Assembly: GCA_052386995.1 (NCBI GenBank)
Contig: JBQTJP010000110.1
Coordinates: 1 to 64,000, forward strand
Direction: 5' to 3'
Length of the DNA stretch: 64,000 nt
Source of the DNA: Armatimonadota bacterium
GTDB taxonomy: Bacteria; Sysuimicrobiota; Sysuimicrobiia; Sysuimicrobiales; Humicultoraceae
In this document: piece after piece, positions 38,131 to 48,279 of the stretch
How positions within the stretch are numbered: the stretch's first letter is position 1
How the letters are laid out: each line of letters starts with the position of its first letter
Translations under genes and position numbers: made by a program
The notes under the pieces: generated by a model
The model's input: only the letters and a program-made list of their open reading frames with translations
Databases searched by the model: none
What the model was told of the DNA's origin: nothing

Positions 38131-39265
38131 GTTTGTCCGCCAGAAGCCTGCGATAGACCTCCAGTATCTGCCTGGCAATGCGACGCTCGTCAAACGACTC
38201 CAGCGCCTTCTGCCGGTTCACCTCGCCACACCGTCTGCGCAGCGGCGCGTCATCGATCAGTCGCCGCACCGCGGCCTCCAACGCCGGCGCGTCGCGCGGC
38301 GGTACCAGAAACCCTCCTGCACCGTCGGTCAGCACCTCGCGGCAGCCGCGGATGTCGGTCAGCACCATCGGGAGGCCCATCGCCGCCGCCTCAACGGCCG
38401 ACCGCGGCATGCCCTCCCGGTACGATGCCAGCACGAAGATGTCCATCGCGCGGTATAGATCGCGCACGTCATGGCGCAGGCCGAGGAACCGGATCACGCC
38501 ACGTCCTTCCAGATCGGCGATGACATCGTGCGGGACGGCATCGGCCTTGTCGGCATCCTGGGGTCCGACGATGAGAAACCGCACGTTCGGCCTGGTCGCG
38601 CGAAGGCGTTCGGCCGTCTGGAAGACCTCCCGCAGACCCTTCTCCCACACGAGCCGGCCGACGGTCCCGACGACGATCGTCGAGTCATCAATCCCCAGTG
38701 CCGCGCGCACCGCGGCGCGATCGGCCGCGGCCGGATCGAACACCGCAAGATCGACGCCATTGCCGATGTGCAATGACCGGTCGTACCGCACAATGCGTAG
38801 AGCGCGCAGGTGGTCCAGATCCTCGCGGCTCTGGCAGAATTCGAAATCCGAGCAGGCCGCGGCCAGGCGCTCCATGGCCAGATAGGCCGTCCGCCGCAGG
38901 CCGCTCCGATCGACGCCGTACAGCCCATGCACGGTGTTGACGACGACCGGCACGCCGGCCAGACGCGCGGCTGTGCGGCCGAACACGCCGGTTTTTGGAT
39001 TGTGCGTATGGACGATATCAAAGCGCTCGCGACGAAAGAGCGAGAGCAGATCGGCGAAAGCCCGCGCATCCGACGCCGGCGACCACGACCGTACCAGCGT
39101 CGGCACCACGAGGTGCCGGATGCCCCGCGCCCGCAGACCGGCGGCCCAGGGCCCGGGGCCGCTGATGCCGGTGACGTCGAACCCCGCGGCCTGGTAGGCC
39201 GTCAGTTGATGACCCAACAGCAGGGCCAGGCTGATATCAGAGGTCGTGACGTGCGCCAGCCTCAC
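38081..39265 (-). CDS. GT4 glycosyltransferase
   Basis: HTHNPK, GRLVWEKG, SYREGMPRSAVEAAAMG. Confidence 0.93.
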   Translation of the reverse strand: MRLAHVTTSDISLALLLGHQLTAYQAAGFDVTGISGPGPWAAGLRARGIRHLVVPTLVRSWSPASDARAFADLLSLFRRERFDIVHTHNPKTGVFGRTAARLAGVPVVVNTVHGLYGVDRSGLRRTAYLAMERLAAACSDFEFCQSREDLDHLRALRIVRYDRSLHIGNGVDLAVFDPAAADRAAVRAALGIDDSTIVVGTVGRLVWEKGLREVFQTAERLRATRPNVRFLIVGPQDADKADAVPHDVIADLEGRGVIRFLGLRHDVRDLYRAMDIFVLASYREGMPRSAVEAAAMGLPMVLTDIRGCREVLTDGAGGFLVPPRDAPALEAAVRRLIDDAPLRRRCGEVNRQKALESFDERRIARQILEVYRRLLADKHGHAIDDLSQESVTGR

Positions 39266-39729
39266 CGCGAGCCCTCCGGGTGCAGCTCGACGGCAGCCGT
39301 CCCCTCACTCACGTGCCGTCCATCCAGCGTGACCGCCCACACCTCCAGGTTCACCACGCGAGCGCCGCCGGCAGAGGAGTCGCGCACGCGGCCTTCGCAT
39401 CGGATCGTCTCGCCCACGTAAACCGGCGCGCCGTGGCGCACGGCCAATCGCTTCAACCAGCCGGCCGAACCGAGCCAGTCCGTGATCATCCGTGTCAGCA
39501 GCGCCGTGCGATGATGGCCGCTCTGAATGCAGTCGCGTAGCCCACGCATCTGTGCAAACGCGCGGTCGTAATGGAGCGCAAACCAGTTCTCCTGATAGGC
39601 GGCCCACCGCACGAAGTCGGCAAGTGTCAGCGGTCCCATCTCAACCGCCGGCAGTAGCGCGCCGGCCGCTATATCGAGTGGTGAAGACCCGATCGCGGCG
39701 TGTCCCTTCGCGGCGCCGGGGTCGGTCAT
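39262..39729 (-). CDS. MaoC/hot-dog fold dehydratase subunit
   Basis: ENWFALHYDRAFA..GL, LTRMITDWLG, PVYVGET. Confidence 0.8.
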   Translation of the reverse strand: MTDPGAAKGHAAIGSSPLDIAAGALLPAVEMGPLTLADFVRWAAYQENWFALHYDRAFAQMRGLRDCIQSGHHRTALLTRMITDWLGSAGWLKRLAVRHGAPVYVGETIRCEGRVRDSSAGGARVVNLEVWAVTLDGRHVSEGTAAVELHPEGSR

Positions 39730-40865
39730 GCCCCGGTCCGAGCCTGCTGGCGCGGGCCGGTGGCGATCACACCGGCGGCTTCGAGACGTCCGATCTCGTC
39801 CCGCGAGAATCCGGCCTCACGCAGGACCTCGGCGGTGTGTTGCGCCGGGCGCGGCGCGGGCGATGGGCGCCGCATCCACGGCACACGCAACACGGGTATC
39901 TCATCGTCGCCAATCCGCTGGAAGAACTCTCGGGACCGCAGCTGTGGATCGGTCAGCAGGTCATCGACACTGTGGACGGGGGCGATCGGAATGCCCCGTG
40001 CCTGAGCCAGCTCGGAGAGCTCGGCCTTGCTGAACCTCTGGGTCCATGCCCCGACGATCTCGAACACATCTTCCTGGCGCGCCAGGCGGGACTGTTCCTC
40101 CGTCAGCGCCTGGTCGCGCAGCCGCTCGTCACCGACGAGGTCGACCAGGGCGGCCCACATGCGCCGCTCGTTGGCGGAGATCACCACATAGCCATCCCGA
40201 CACGGCAGCGCGCCTGCCATGGCGATATGAGCGTGGCGGCTGCCGCGGCGCGTGACCACGCGTCCCGACAGCGCGGCCTCGTAGACCCCTTGCTGCATCA
40301 CGGTCAGCAGGGCCTCGTGGCCGCTGACGTGCACCAGTCGCCCATCGCCGGTCTGCCGTGCCAGGCGCGCCCCCAGCACGCACGCCAGCGCCCCGTAGAC
40401 CGCCGTAATCGCGTCGGCGAGCCCGCCTCCGACGAGCATCGGCGTCTGTCCCGGCTGCCCGGTAATCGACATGAGACCGCTGAGGGCATACCGGACGATG
40501 CCGGCAGTCCGGGCGATCTCACCACCCGCGGCCGGTGCGAAAGGTCGTAACGCGACCCACACGAGCCTCGGGTTGGCCGCGCGGCAGCGCGCGTAGAGCG
40601 ACGGCGTGTCGTCGAACCGTGGTGCGATGCCGTCCATGACGACATCCGCGGCCGTGCACAGGCGCTCCAGAATCTCGCTCCCCCCGGCCCGCCGCAGGTC
40701 AACGACCACGCTGCGCGTGCCGGCGTTGAAGAACCGGTATGAAGGGTCGCGCGCGGCTCCGTCGGCGGCATCCAGGCGGACCACATCGGCGCCGAGATCC
40801 GCCAGCAGTCTCCCCGCATAGACGGCGGACTCATCGGTCAGGTCCAGCACGCGCAGTACGCTCAT
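39726..40865 (-). CDS. Family III CoA transferase (CaiB/BaiF)
   Basis: RVLDLT..GRLLADLGADV, SGLMSITG, catalytic Asp in GLADAIT. Confidence 0.88.
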   Translation of the reverse strand: MSVLRVLDLTDESAVYAGRLLADLGADVVRLDAADGAARDPSYRFFNAGTRSVVVDLRRAGGSEILERLCTAADVVMDGIAPRFDDTPSLYARCRAANPRLVWVALRPFAPAAGGEIARTAGIVRYALSGLMSITGQPGQTPMLVGGGLADAITAVYGALACVLGARLARQTGDGRLVHVSGHEALLTVMQQGVYEAALSGRVVTRRGSRHAHIAMAGALPCRDGYVVISANERRMWAALVDLVGDERLRDQALTEEQSRLARQEDVFEIVGAWTQRFSKAELSELAQARGIPIAPVHSVDDLLTDPQLRSREFFQRIGDDEIPVLRVPWMRRPSPAPRPAQHTAEVLREAGFSRDEIGRLEAAGVIATGPRQQARTGA

Positions 40866-41434
40866 GCGTGTGGCGGTGACCCCATGAGAGAACGCGGACT
40901 CCCGCCGGCCACATCCGGCGCGACGATCCTGATCGTCGTCTGCCGGACCACGGCCAGCGGCTGTCCTGCCTGATCGGTATAGCGGCGCTCCTCGGTGATG
41001 TACACCGCGGGGCCATCACGTCGTTCTTTCACGGCAATGTCAACGATCCTGAACCGCACCGTCACCCAATCGCCGATGCGAGGTGGGCGCATCCACTCGA
41101 TCTCTGTGGCGACGTTGAGCCGGAGACGTTCACCCGGGACCTTGATCAGCGCGACCGGTCCGCCGACCGACGCTGCCCCGCCCTCGCGATCATCGTCGTG
41201 TGCGTTCATCCCCGGCGCGGGTCGCAGCACGTCCAGGATCATGGCCGGCGGCACCGGCGCCCCGGTCCGATCGTATGCCGCCTGCACGCCACCGGCAGGC
41301 GCCACCGGACTCTGCCCTCCAACGGCGTTGAGATATCGCCGCACGTCGCTCCACTCGATCGGCCCCGGGGCCCTGATGGGTCCCCACTCGTGCCCGATCC
41401 ACTGTCGCAGAGCGTCTGCGGGGTCGGTCGTCAT
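40862..41434 (-). CDS. MaoC/FAS1-like dehydratase N-terminal-type subunit
   Basis: IEWSDVRRY, VPPAM, LNVATEIEW.RP..IGD, YTDQAG. Confidence 0.75.
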   Translation of the reverse strand: MTTDPADALRQWIGHEWGPIRAPGPIEWSDVRRYLNAVGGQSPVAPAGGVQAAYDRTGAPVPPAMILDVLRPAPGMNAHDDDREGGAASVGGPVALIKVPGERLRLNVATEIEWMRPPRIGDWVTVRFRIVDIAVKERRDGPAVYITEERRYTDQAGQPLAVVRQTTIRIVAPDVAGGSPRSLMGSPPHA

Positions 41435-41437
41435 CTG

Positions 41438-42655
41438 TCAGACCAGCACACCCTCGGCGTGAAGCCGGGTAATCTCGGCGTCTTCCAGAGCGAGCACCTC
41501 GCGAAGCACCGCGTCGGTGTGCTCACCCAGGCGTGGACCGGCTCGATCTGGCCAGACCGTGTCCGCATCGAGGTGAATGGGGTTGGGCAGCGCCGGCATC
41601 GCGCCGATAACGGGATGGCGCATCGTGCGGACCGATGGGGCGAAAACCGGCAGATCGGCCAGCGCCTCGACATTCGTGCGCACCGCCGCGGCGGGCGCGC
41701 CCGCGGCCTGCAGCTGAGCCTCGACATCGCGCGACGCCCGCTGCCTCGTCCAGCCCTCGAGCCGGGAATCGATCTCCTCGAGCGCCTGCAGCCGGCCCTC
41801 GGCCGTCGCGTAGCGCGGATTCCGCAACGTTTCATCGCCGACCGCGCCGACCAGCGCCTCCCACTCGCCGCCGCTGCCGATGCTGATCACGCACCAGGCA
41901 TCCTCGCCGCGACACCGGTAGCAGCCCTGCGGGACGCGGTCCGCTGCGCGGTTTCCCGGGCGCGCGCCGGGCGCGTGGCGTGTGCCGTTCGATGGCCCAT
42001 TCAGCATCAGATGTCCGAGCGGAAGGGCGTTCGCCTCGTACTGACTGACATCGATCCAGCATCCCTGGCCCGTGCGGTCGCGCCGCTCGAGCGCCGACAC
42101 GAGCACGAGCGCCGCGTGCAGTCCGGCCATGAAGTCAGCCCACGAGTTCGAGACGCCTGTGGGCGGCTCGCCGGGGCTGCCGGTTGTCAGCATGAGCCCC
42201 GAGAGCGCCTGGATCACGGCGTTGAAGCTCGCCCATCCGCTCCGCGGACCACCGTAGCCGAGCCCTGACATGCTCACGTAGATCAGGCGCGGGTTGATCG
42301 CCAGCAGCTGGTCGTGCCCTAACCCCAGCCGATCCATGACGCCTGCACTGAAGTTCTCGGTCACGGCGTCGCAACGCGCCGCCAGCGCCCGCGCGACATC
42401 CGCGCCGTGCGGGTGCTTCAAGTTGATGGCCACCGACCGCTTCTGACGGTTCAAGCCGGCAAAAAGCGCGCTGCCCTCCGGGTCACGGGGACCGTCGGGC
42501 CGAAACGGCCCCAATCGACGCCCGGCCTCGACGGCGGTCGCGCTCTCGACCTTGATGACGTCGGCGCCGAACTCTGCGAGCAGGCCCGTCGCGAATGGCC
42601 CGGTCACGACGTGACCAAAGTCCAGGATGCGAACGCCCTGCAACGGCGTGGTCAT
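41438..42655 (-). CDS. Family III CoA transferase (CaiB/BaiF)
   Basis: PLQGVRILDF, GADVIKVE, NRQKRSV, ENFSAG, SWADFMAG. Confidence 0.92.
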   Translation of the reverse strand: MTTPLQGVRILDFGHVVTGPFATGLLAEFGADVIKVESATAVEAGRRLGPFRPDGPRDPEGSALFAGLNRQKRSVAINLKHPHGADVARALAARCDAVTENFSAGVMDRLGLGHDQLLAINPRLIYVSMSGLGYGGPRSGWASFNAVIQALSGLMLTTGSPGEPPTGVSNSWADFMAGLHAALVLVSALERRDRTGQGCWIDVSQYEANALPLGHLMLNGPSNGTRHAPGARPGNRAADRVPQGCYRCRGEDAWCVISIGSGGEWEALVGAVGDETLRNPRYATAEGRLQALEEIDSRLEGWTRQRASRDVEAQLQAAGAPAAAVRTNVEALADLPVFAPSVRTMRHPVIGAMPALPNPIHLDADTVWPDRAGPRLGEHTDAVLREVLALEDAEITRLHAEGVLV

Positions 42656-43128
42656 CGCCTGCGCGCTCCCGCGGTCGTGGCTTTCTTCCCCGCGCGCGGA
42701 TCGGGGGCGACTGCGCTGGGTACCGGTTCGAAGCTCGGCAGTGTGTACCGCCTCCCAATCGGGCGGAAGACGACGCGCACGGGCATCCCGATGAGCACCG
42801 CATCGGTCCGGCAGTTCACGACCGTGCTGACCATCATCGGGCCTTCGTGCAGCTCGATGGCGGCATACACATACGGCGTGGGAAACGCCGGGTCGTGCTG
42901 GGCCCGCTGCACCGTGAAGGCGAATACCTTTCCCCGCCCGCTGGCCTGTGTCCATTTCAGGTTCTCAAGGTACGGAGCGTTGGGGTGCTCGCGGCAGCCC
43001 GCCAGCGGCCAGCGCCAGGCTCCGCACACGTCGCAACATAGCAGCAGAAACTCGTTCCGCCGCAGGCCCTCCCAAAATGGCCGCATTTCCTCGGTGGGAT
43101 TCGGGTCCGGCCCTTTCCAGTCGCTCAT
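42652..43128 (-). CDS. DUF35 Zn-ribbon/OB-fold protein
   Basis: PFWEGL, CDVCG, ASGRGKV, IELHEGPMM, IGMPVRVVF. Confidence 0.88.
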   Translation of the reverse strand: MSDWKGPDPNPTEEMRPFWEGLRRNEFLLLCCDVCGAWRWPLAGCREHPNAPYLENLKWTQASGRGKVFAFTVQRAQHDPAFPTPYVYAAIELHEGPMMVSTVVNCRTDAVLIGMPVRVVFRPIGRRYTLPSFEPVPSAVAPDPRAGKKATTAGARRR

Positions 43129-44333
43129 GCCGCCCGCCGGTGCGGTTGCGTCGTCAACACAATCGTGGAGTGGATCGAGCACATCTGCCCGGACAGCACT
43201 TCGGCGCCGTGTCCGGAGACCAGCGCGACTTCGGCGTCGGCCACCTGTCGCGTACCGCCCTCGCCCCGCAACTGAATGACCGCCTCGGCAAAGCCGGTCA
43301 GGTTGCCCAGGTGGTGGGAGGACAAGAGTCCACCGCCGGTGTTCACGGGGATGTCGCCGCCGGGCGCGGTCCGCATCTCCGCTGCGAAGGCGCCGCCCTC
43401 GCTCTTTCCGCACCAGCCATAGTCTTCCAGCTGAAGAATGACCTCGCCCGTGAAGCAGTCGTACAACTGGGCGAGATCCACGTCGGCCGTGGTAATGCCG
43501 GCCTGCCGGAATGCGGTCTCGCGCGCGCCGTGCACCGCGAGCGTCGTGTAATTCGTCTTGTCCCACCACAACTCGGCCATCTGCTCGCCAAATCCGATGC
43601 CGCCCATATACACCGGCGGCCGGCGCAGGTCGCGCGCGCGCTCCTCCGTGGTGACGATGAACGCGGTGCCACCGTCACTCTGGAGGCAAATGTCGAACAG
43701 GCGGTACGGCCAGACGATCACCGGCGATCGCTGGTGATCCTCCAGCGTCAACGGCCGGTCATGCAGGTAGGCGCGTGGATTCAGGTTCGCCCACCGCCGC
43801 GTGGCGACGGCCACTGCACCGAGCTGCTCGCTGGTGGTGCCGAATTCATGCATGTGGCGGCTGGCCAGGAGGCCGTGATAGGTGGGCGCGTTCGCGCCGA
43901 AGAGCGCGGCCCATGAGTTCTGCTTGGCGGCATAGGACTGGCCGCGCTTTCCCGACCCCTGCTTTGCCGCCTGACTGCGACTCCAGTCGTCGCGCGCGCC
44001 CGAGCACAGCACGTAGTCGGCGATGCCATGATCGAGCAGCCCGGTCGCCGCGAGCAACGCGTGGCCCGCGTACTCGCCGCCCCGACCCACGTTCTCCAGG
44101 TACAGGTTGACCGGCAGGTTCAGCACCCGGGCGAACGAGTCGTGATGCCGAGGACGCACACCGCCTCCCGCATCGCTCAGCATCTGAACCGCCGCGCCGA
44201 TGTCGTGCGCCGCCAGACCCGCATCTTCCATGGCGAGTCGCGCGGCCTCCACTTCGAGCATCAGGACCGACCGGCCGGGCAGATGCCCGACCTCGGTGAC
44301 GCCGAGTCCGACAATCGCGTAGCGTCCTCTCAT
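43125..44333 (-). CDS. Thiolase-fold protein (SCP2/Ltp2-like)
   Basis: AIVGLG, NPRA, DICLQSDGG, QLYDCFT, NTGGGLLS; no Cys at the usual nucleophile position. Confidence 0.88.
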   Translation of the reverse strand: MRGRYAIVGLGVTEVGHLPGRSVLMLEVEAARLAMEDAGLAAHDIGAAVQMLSDAGGGVRPRHHDSFARVLNLPVNLYLENVGRGGEYAGHALLAATGLLDHGIADYVLCSGARDDWSRSQAAKQGSGKRGQSYAAKQNSWAALFGANAPTYHGLLASRHMHEFGTTSEQLGAVAVATRRWANLNPRAYLHDRPLTLEDHQRSPVIVWPYRLFDICLQSDGGTAFIVTTEERARDLRRPPVYMGGIGFGEQMAELWWDKTNYTTLAVHGARETAFRQAGITTADVDLAQLYDCFTGEVILQLEDYGWCGKSEGGAFAAEMRTAPGGDIPVNTGGGLLSSHHLGNLTGFAEAVIQLRGEGGTRQVADAEVALVSGHGAEVLSGQMCSIHSTIVLTTQPHRRAA

Positions 44334-44354
44334 GATGACCCAGCCGCTGATGAC

Positions 44355-45263
44355 CTAGCCGCGGATGAAGGACTCGGGTGGCCTGGGGCCCCAGAGGTTG
44401 ACCGCGCCGACACGTCCCCTGACGGGATCCCAGACCCCGGCCTCACGCATACCCTCGCCGTCGAAACGCACCGACTCTGCGAGAAGCTCCCACCGGATAT
44501 TCCACGGATCCACGAAATACACGAACAGGCTGTTGCCGGGCCCGTGCCGCCCGGGGCCGTACTCGACCTGCACGCCAAGGGTGCCGAAGTGGTCGAGCAT
44601 CCGGAGCATGTCGCTCCAGGACGCGATCTCGAGCGCGACGTGATGCAGACCCGGGGTCGAGGACCGTACCAGGGCGACGGTGGTATGCTCGTCTCCACAG
44701 CGCAGCCAGTAGAACTCGTCGGGGATGCGATCCGACAGGCGGAGGTCGAGGTGATCCTCCAGCCACCGTGCGGACGCGCCCACGTGTGGGCTGCGGAGAT
44801 TGATGTGCGACAACCTCAGCAGATTGGCCGGTGAAGCTTCCGCCGCGGGCCGCGCAACAGGCGCGTCGGGAATCACCAGCTCCAGATAGAGTCCGTCGTC
44901 GTCCTGGAGCCGGACGGCCGGTCCGTGGACGGACTCCATGGCCGCGGGCCCCTCGACCGTCAGGCCGCGGCTACGCAACATCGCAGCGGCAACATCCAGG
45001 GCGCCTTCATCGCGCACCGCCAGGGCATAGTGCGCCAAACCGAAAGGCTCGCCGGGGTACAGCACGAGTTCGTGGTGCGGCACCAGTTGCGCGCCGGCCG
45101 GTAGCGTGCTCATGAGCACCGCGCCCGTCGACGCGTCCCGACCGGTGATGCCGAGTCCCAGCACGCGGCGATAGTATTCGGCCGCGGCGTCCGGATCCGA
45201 CACCCGGAACGTGACGTGATCCAGGTGCGTCACGGGGAGACGCTGGCCGGTGCGACCCGTCAT
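44355..45263 (-). CDS. VOC-family extradiol (catechol 2,3-type) dioxygenase
   Basis: Two VOC domains; LSHINL, LHHVAL, GPGRHGPG, VYFVDPWNIRWE metal and catalytic residues. Confidence 0.85.
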   Translation of the reverse strand: MTGRTGQRLPVTHLDHVTFRVSDPDAAAEYYRRVLGLGITGRDASTGAVLMSTLPAGAQLVPHHELVLYPGEPFGLAHYALAVRDEGALDVAAAMLRSRGLTVEGPAAMESVHGPAVRLQDDDGLYLELVIPDAPVARPAAEASPANLLRLSHINLRSPHVGASARWLEDHLDLRLSDRIPDEFYWLRCGDEHTTVALVRSSTPGLHHVALEIASWSDMLRMLDHFGTLGVQVEYGPGRHGPGNSLFVYFVDPWNIRWELLAESVRFDGEGMREAGVWDPVRGRVGAVNLWGPRPPESFIRG

Positions 45264-46144
45264 CGAGATCCTGGCTCCAGCCGGGCGGCGGGAGTCGCGG
45301 ACGACCCGTCGGCCGTTCGAGTTCCGAGCTGATGCATCCGGGCGCGGAATAGTCGGAACCCATCGGTACGCAGCACGGGATAGCGCCACAGCCGGTGAGG
45401 GCGGAGGGCGGCATAGGGATTCTTGCCAGGCCCTCCGAGCGCCGCGGTCGCGTAGCGTGGGGCCACCATCGGCTCAACCACCGGCGACCAGCGACCCCAG
45501 GGGTATGCGAAGTGCCTCGGCGTCACCCCAAGGCGCCGCTGGATCATACGATCGCACTCGTCGAGTTCGGCAGCTGCCTGATCCGGCGTCGTCTGCGACA
45601 GATCCACGTGGGTGTGCGTGTGGCTGCCGATCGCCACGAGTCCCGACCGCGCCATCTCGCCCGCCTGCTCCCAGGTGAGGGGCAACGGCCGGCGTTCCGG
45701 CGCGAGATTGCCGAAAGCACCGAAGTCGAACGGCCGCCGGGTCTCGACGTACATCGCGGGCAGATAGACGGTCGCGGGCAGTCCGTACCGACGCAGTACG
45801 GGATACGCCACGTCATACGTCTCGCCGTAGCCGTCGTCGAACGTAATGGCCACGATATCCGATGCGGCCTGACGGCCCGGAGACGCGCAGACCTCGGCCA
45901 CATCGTCCAGCGAGACAACCCGGCAATGACGATGAAGACAGCGCATCTGCGCTTCGAAGGCGCGCTCCGTGACATCCACGTCGCTGCGCGTGTTGCCGCC
46001 GACGCGGTGGTACAGCAGCACCACGACGCCCGGCTCCGGGTGCGGCCGGACGGCCTGCAGCGGCAGCGCCAGCCACCGCCCGAGGCTGCGCGCCGTGCGT
46101 CCTGCCCCCATGATCCAGTCGGGCAACTCCATAGCGGCCGTCAA
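45260..46144 (-). CDS. NodB-type polysaccharide deacetylase 1
   Basis: LLYHRV, ITFDDGY, GSHTHTH, FAYPWG. Confidence 0.92.
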   Translation of the reverse strand: MTAAMELPDWIMGAGRTARSLGRWLALPLQAVRPHPEPGVVVLLYHRVGGNTRSDVDVTERAFEAQMRCLHRHCRVVSLDDVAEVCASPGRQAASDIVAITFDDGYGETYDVAYPVLRRYGLPATVYLPAMYVETRRPFDFGAFGNLAPERRPLPLTWEQAGEMARSGLVAIGSHTHTHVDLSQTTPDQAAAELDECDRMIQRRLGVTPRHFAYPWGRWSPVVEPMVAPRYATAALGGPGKNPYAALRPHRLWRYPVLRTDGFRLFRARMHQLGTRTADGSSATPAARLEPGSR

Positions 46145-47157
46145 AAAACCTCGATATCTCCGAGCGCCAGCCGCCAGGCGGCGAACGTCTTCGGATCCAT
46201 CGCAGGTGCCGGTCCGAGCGGCCTCACGGTGAAATACGGGCCGCGGGGGACAGGTACAAATCCGAGGGAGAGCAGCACCGACCGGTGCGGTGTTCGCCAG
46301 GCGCAGTGGGCGACGGCGTAGTCCGCGCCGCTACTAGACAGCACCTCGCGTACCACGCGGCGGCCGTCGGCCGGCCGGTCCATGAACAGTTCGCACAGGG
46401 TCAGCTCGCGCAGCCCCCGGCGCCGGGTCAACCGAAAGATCGCCGCCGCGCGCACTCCATCGCCCTCGATCCAGTGCGCCCCATAGCGCAGCGATGGCAC
46501 CATGGCATACCGCCATCGCAGAAACGAAGGGCTGCGGGCCGTCCGTATCCCATCGCTCAGATGCGCATCGTCACAGGCCAGCAGATCTGCCACCGCGGCC
46601 TCGTTTGCCAGCAGCTTGTCGAGAAGGGGCAGGCGAACATCCCATCCCTCCTCACCGTCTTGGGGTGAGGCTCCACGACGGGACAAGACGGACCGGATCA
46701 AAGCGCCCGGCCGGACCGGCCGCACGAAGATGAGGGCGCGCCCGACATAGGTCCAGCCAAGTTTGATGTAGCCCGGCAGACTGTATCGGTTGGGAGTGTT
46801 AAAGACCAGGTCGACGCCATCGAGGCGCGCGCGGTCCAAGCACGCGGCCGTCAGCCGTGAAAAGATGCCTTTTCGCTGATGGTCAGGGTGCGTGGCGGTA
46901 TCCACGGCGCGAACCGCGTGAATGACCTGCTCTCCGGCGCGGAACTGCCAGCGCAGAAAAGCGCGGAGGCCGACCACGTGCTCATTCTCTGCCAGCAGCA
47001 TGAGCGACCGGCCAAAGGGATTCTCGATATGCTTCCAGCGGAAGAACGAAGTGGACCGCTCGAACGCCCGCCCGGTCCCCAGGGTCAGATTGAGCAGCCC
47101 CAGCACCTGGGCTTCATCGGCCGTCTCATAGTCGCGGACCATCAGGGGCGCGGTCAC
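46141..47157 (-). CDS. GNAT acyltransferase
   Basis: WKHIENPFG, DTATHPDHQRKGIFS, FNTPN, FLRWRY. Confidence 0.85.
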   Translation of the reverse strand: MTAPLMVRDYETADEAQVLGLLNLTLGTGRAFERSTSFFRWKHIENPFGRSLMLLAENEHVVGLRAFLRWQFRAGEQVIHAVRAVDTATHPDHQRKGIFSRLTAACLDRARLDGVDLVFNTPNRYSLPGYIKLGWTYVGRALIFVRPVRPGALIRSVLSRRGASPQDGEEGWDVRLPLLDKLLANEAAVADLLACDDAHLSDGIRTARSPSFLRWRYAMVPSLRYGAHWIEGDGVRAAAIFRLTRRRGLRELTLCELFMDRPADGRRVVREVLSSSGADYAVAHCAWRTPHRSVLLSLGFVPVPRGPYFTVRPLGPAPAMDPKTFAAWRLALGDIEVF

Positions 47158-48278
47158 GATCGCTCACCCCAGAGTAGACCTGCGTACACCTGCTCGATCG
47201 CCGCCACCATGTGCCCCACCCCGTATCGGGTCCGCGCGCGCGCTCGCGCCGCGGTGCCCATACGAACCCTGAGGTCGGGTGAGGCGACCAGCGCGCTGAG
47301 GGCATCGGCCAGCGCCTGAGGATCCTCGGGCGGCACCAGCAGACTGCTGGCCTCGTCGGTGGCTTCGGGAATCCCGCCCACGCGCGTCACCACGCTGGGT
47401 TTCCCGAGCGCCATCGCCTCCAGCAGCGCCACGGGCAACCCCTCGTAGATGGAGGACAGCACAAAGATGTCCGAAGCCGCCACCAAGCGCACCGCGTCGG
47501 GCCTGAACCCCGCAAACACGAGCCGGCCGTCCAGACCCAGGCGGTCGGCCTCGATGCGCAGGGCGTCGGCCCGAGGCCCCTGGCCCACGATGAGGAAGCG
47601 TGCGTCCGCGTGCCGGGCCGCGACCTTCACCGCCGCCGCGAGCAGATGGGTGTGGCCCTTCTTGGGTGTCAGGTTTCCCACTGTGACCACGACGAGCGCA
47701 TTCGCAGGGAATCCAAACTCTCGGCGCAGGGCGTCCGGCGCAACCGGCAGGGTGGCGAGCCCTTCGGCGTCCACGGCGTTGGTGACCGTCAGGACCTGCG
47801 GGCCGCCGGCCGCATACCCTTCGACCGCGCGACGCACCTCGTCGGACACCGCGATGACCGTGTCGTTCAGCCGATAGGTGCAGTGGTTGAGGATGCGCAT
47901 CGGCAGGGAATAGCGCTGAGGCACGTTGTGCTCGGTGTAGACAACGCGCGGCCGCCCGGCAAGGGGGGCGGCGATCCGTCCCCACACGCCGGCCATCGGC
48001 AGGTGCGCATGGATGAGATCGATACGCTCGCGCCGCACCAGGCGCACGAGGCGCATGAACGCTCGGGGATCACCCTCGACTCTCATGTTCAGGTCGTGGA
48101 CGGGGACGCCCGCGGCCTCAAAGGACGGCACCAGCGCGCGCTTCCACGGCAGCATGTAGGCCACGCGATACACAAACCGGTCGCGATTCAAAAAGGGCAG
48201 CGACGCTTCCAGCAGCCGCTCCGCGCCGCCGATGCCCAGACCCTTGATCAGGAGAAGAATGCGCGCGCGCTCGGGCAT
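47154..48278 (-). CDS. GT4 glycosyltransferase
   Basis: GGAERLL, GNLTPKKG, EGLPVALLEAMALG. Confidence 0.93.
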   Translation of the reverse strand: MPERARILLLIKGLGIGGAERLLEASLPFLNRDRFVYRVAYMLPWKRALVPSFEAAGVPVHDLNMRVEGDPRAFMRLVRLVRRERIDLIHAHLPMAGVWGRIAAPLAGRPRVVYTEHNVPQRYSLPMRILNHCTYRLNDTVIAVSDEVRRAVEGYAAGGPQVLTVTNAVDAEGLATLPVAPDALRREFGFPANALVVVTVGNLTPKKGHTHLLAAAVKVAARHADARFLIVGQGPRADALRIEADRLGLDGRLVFAGFRPDAVRLVAASDIFVLSSIYEGLPVALLEAMALGKPSVVTRVGGIPEATDEASSLLVPPEDPQALADALSALVASPDLRVRMGTAARARARTRYGVGHMVAAIEQVYAGLLWGERS

Positions 48279-48279
48279 G

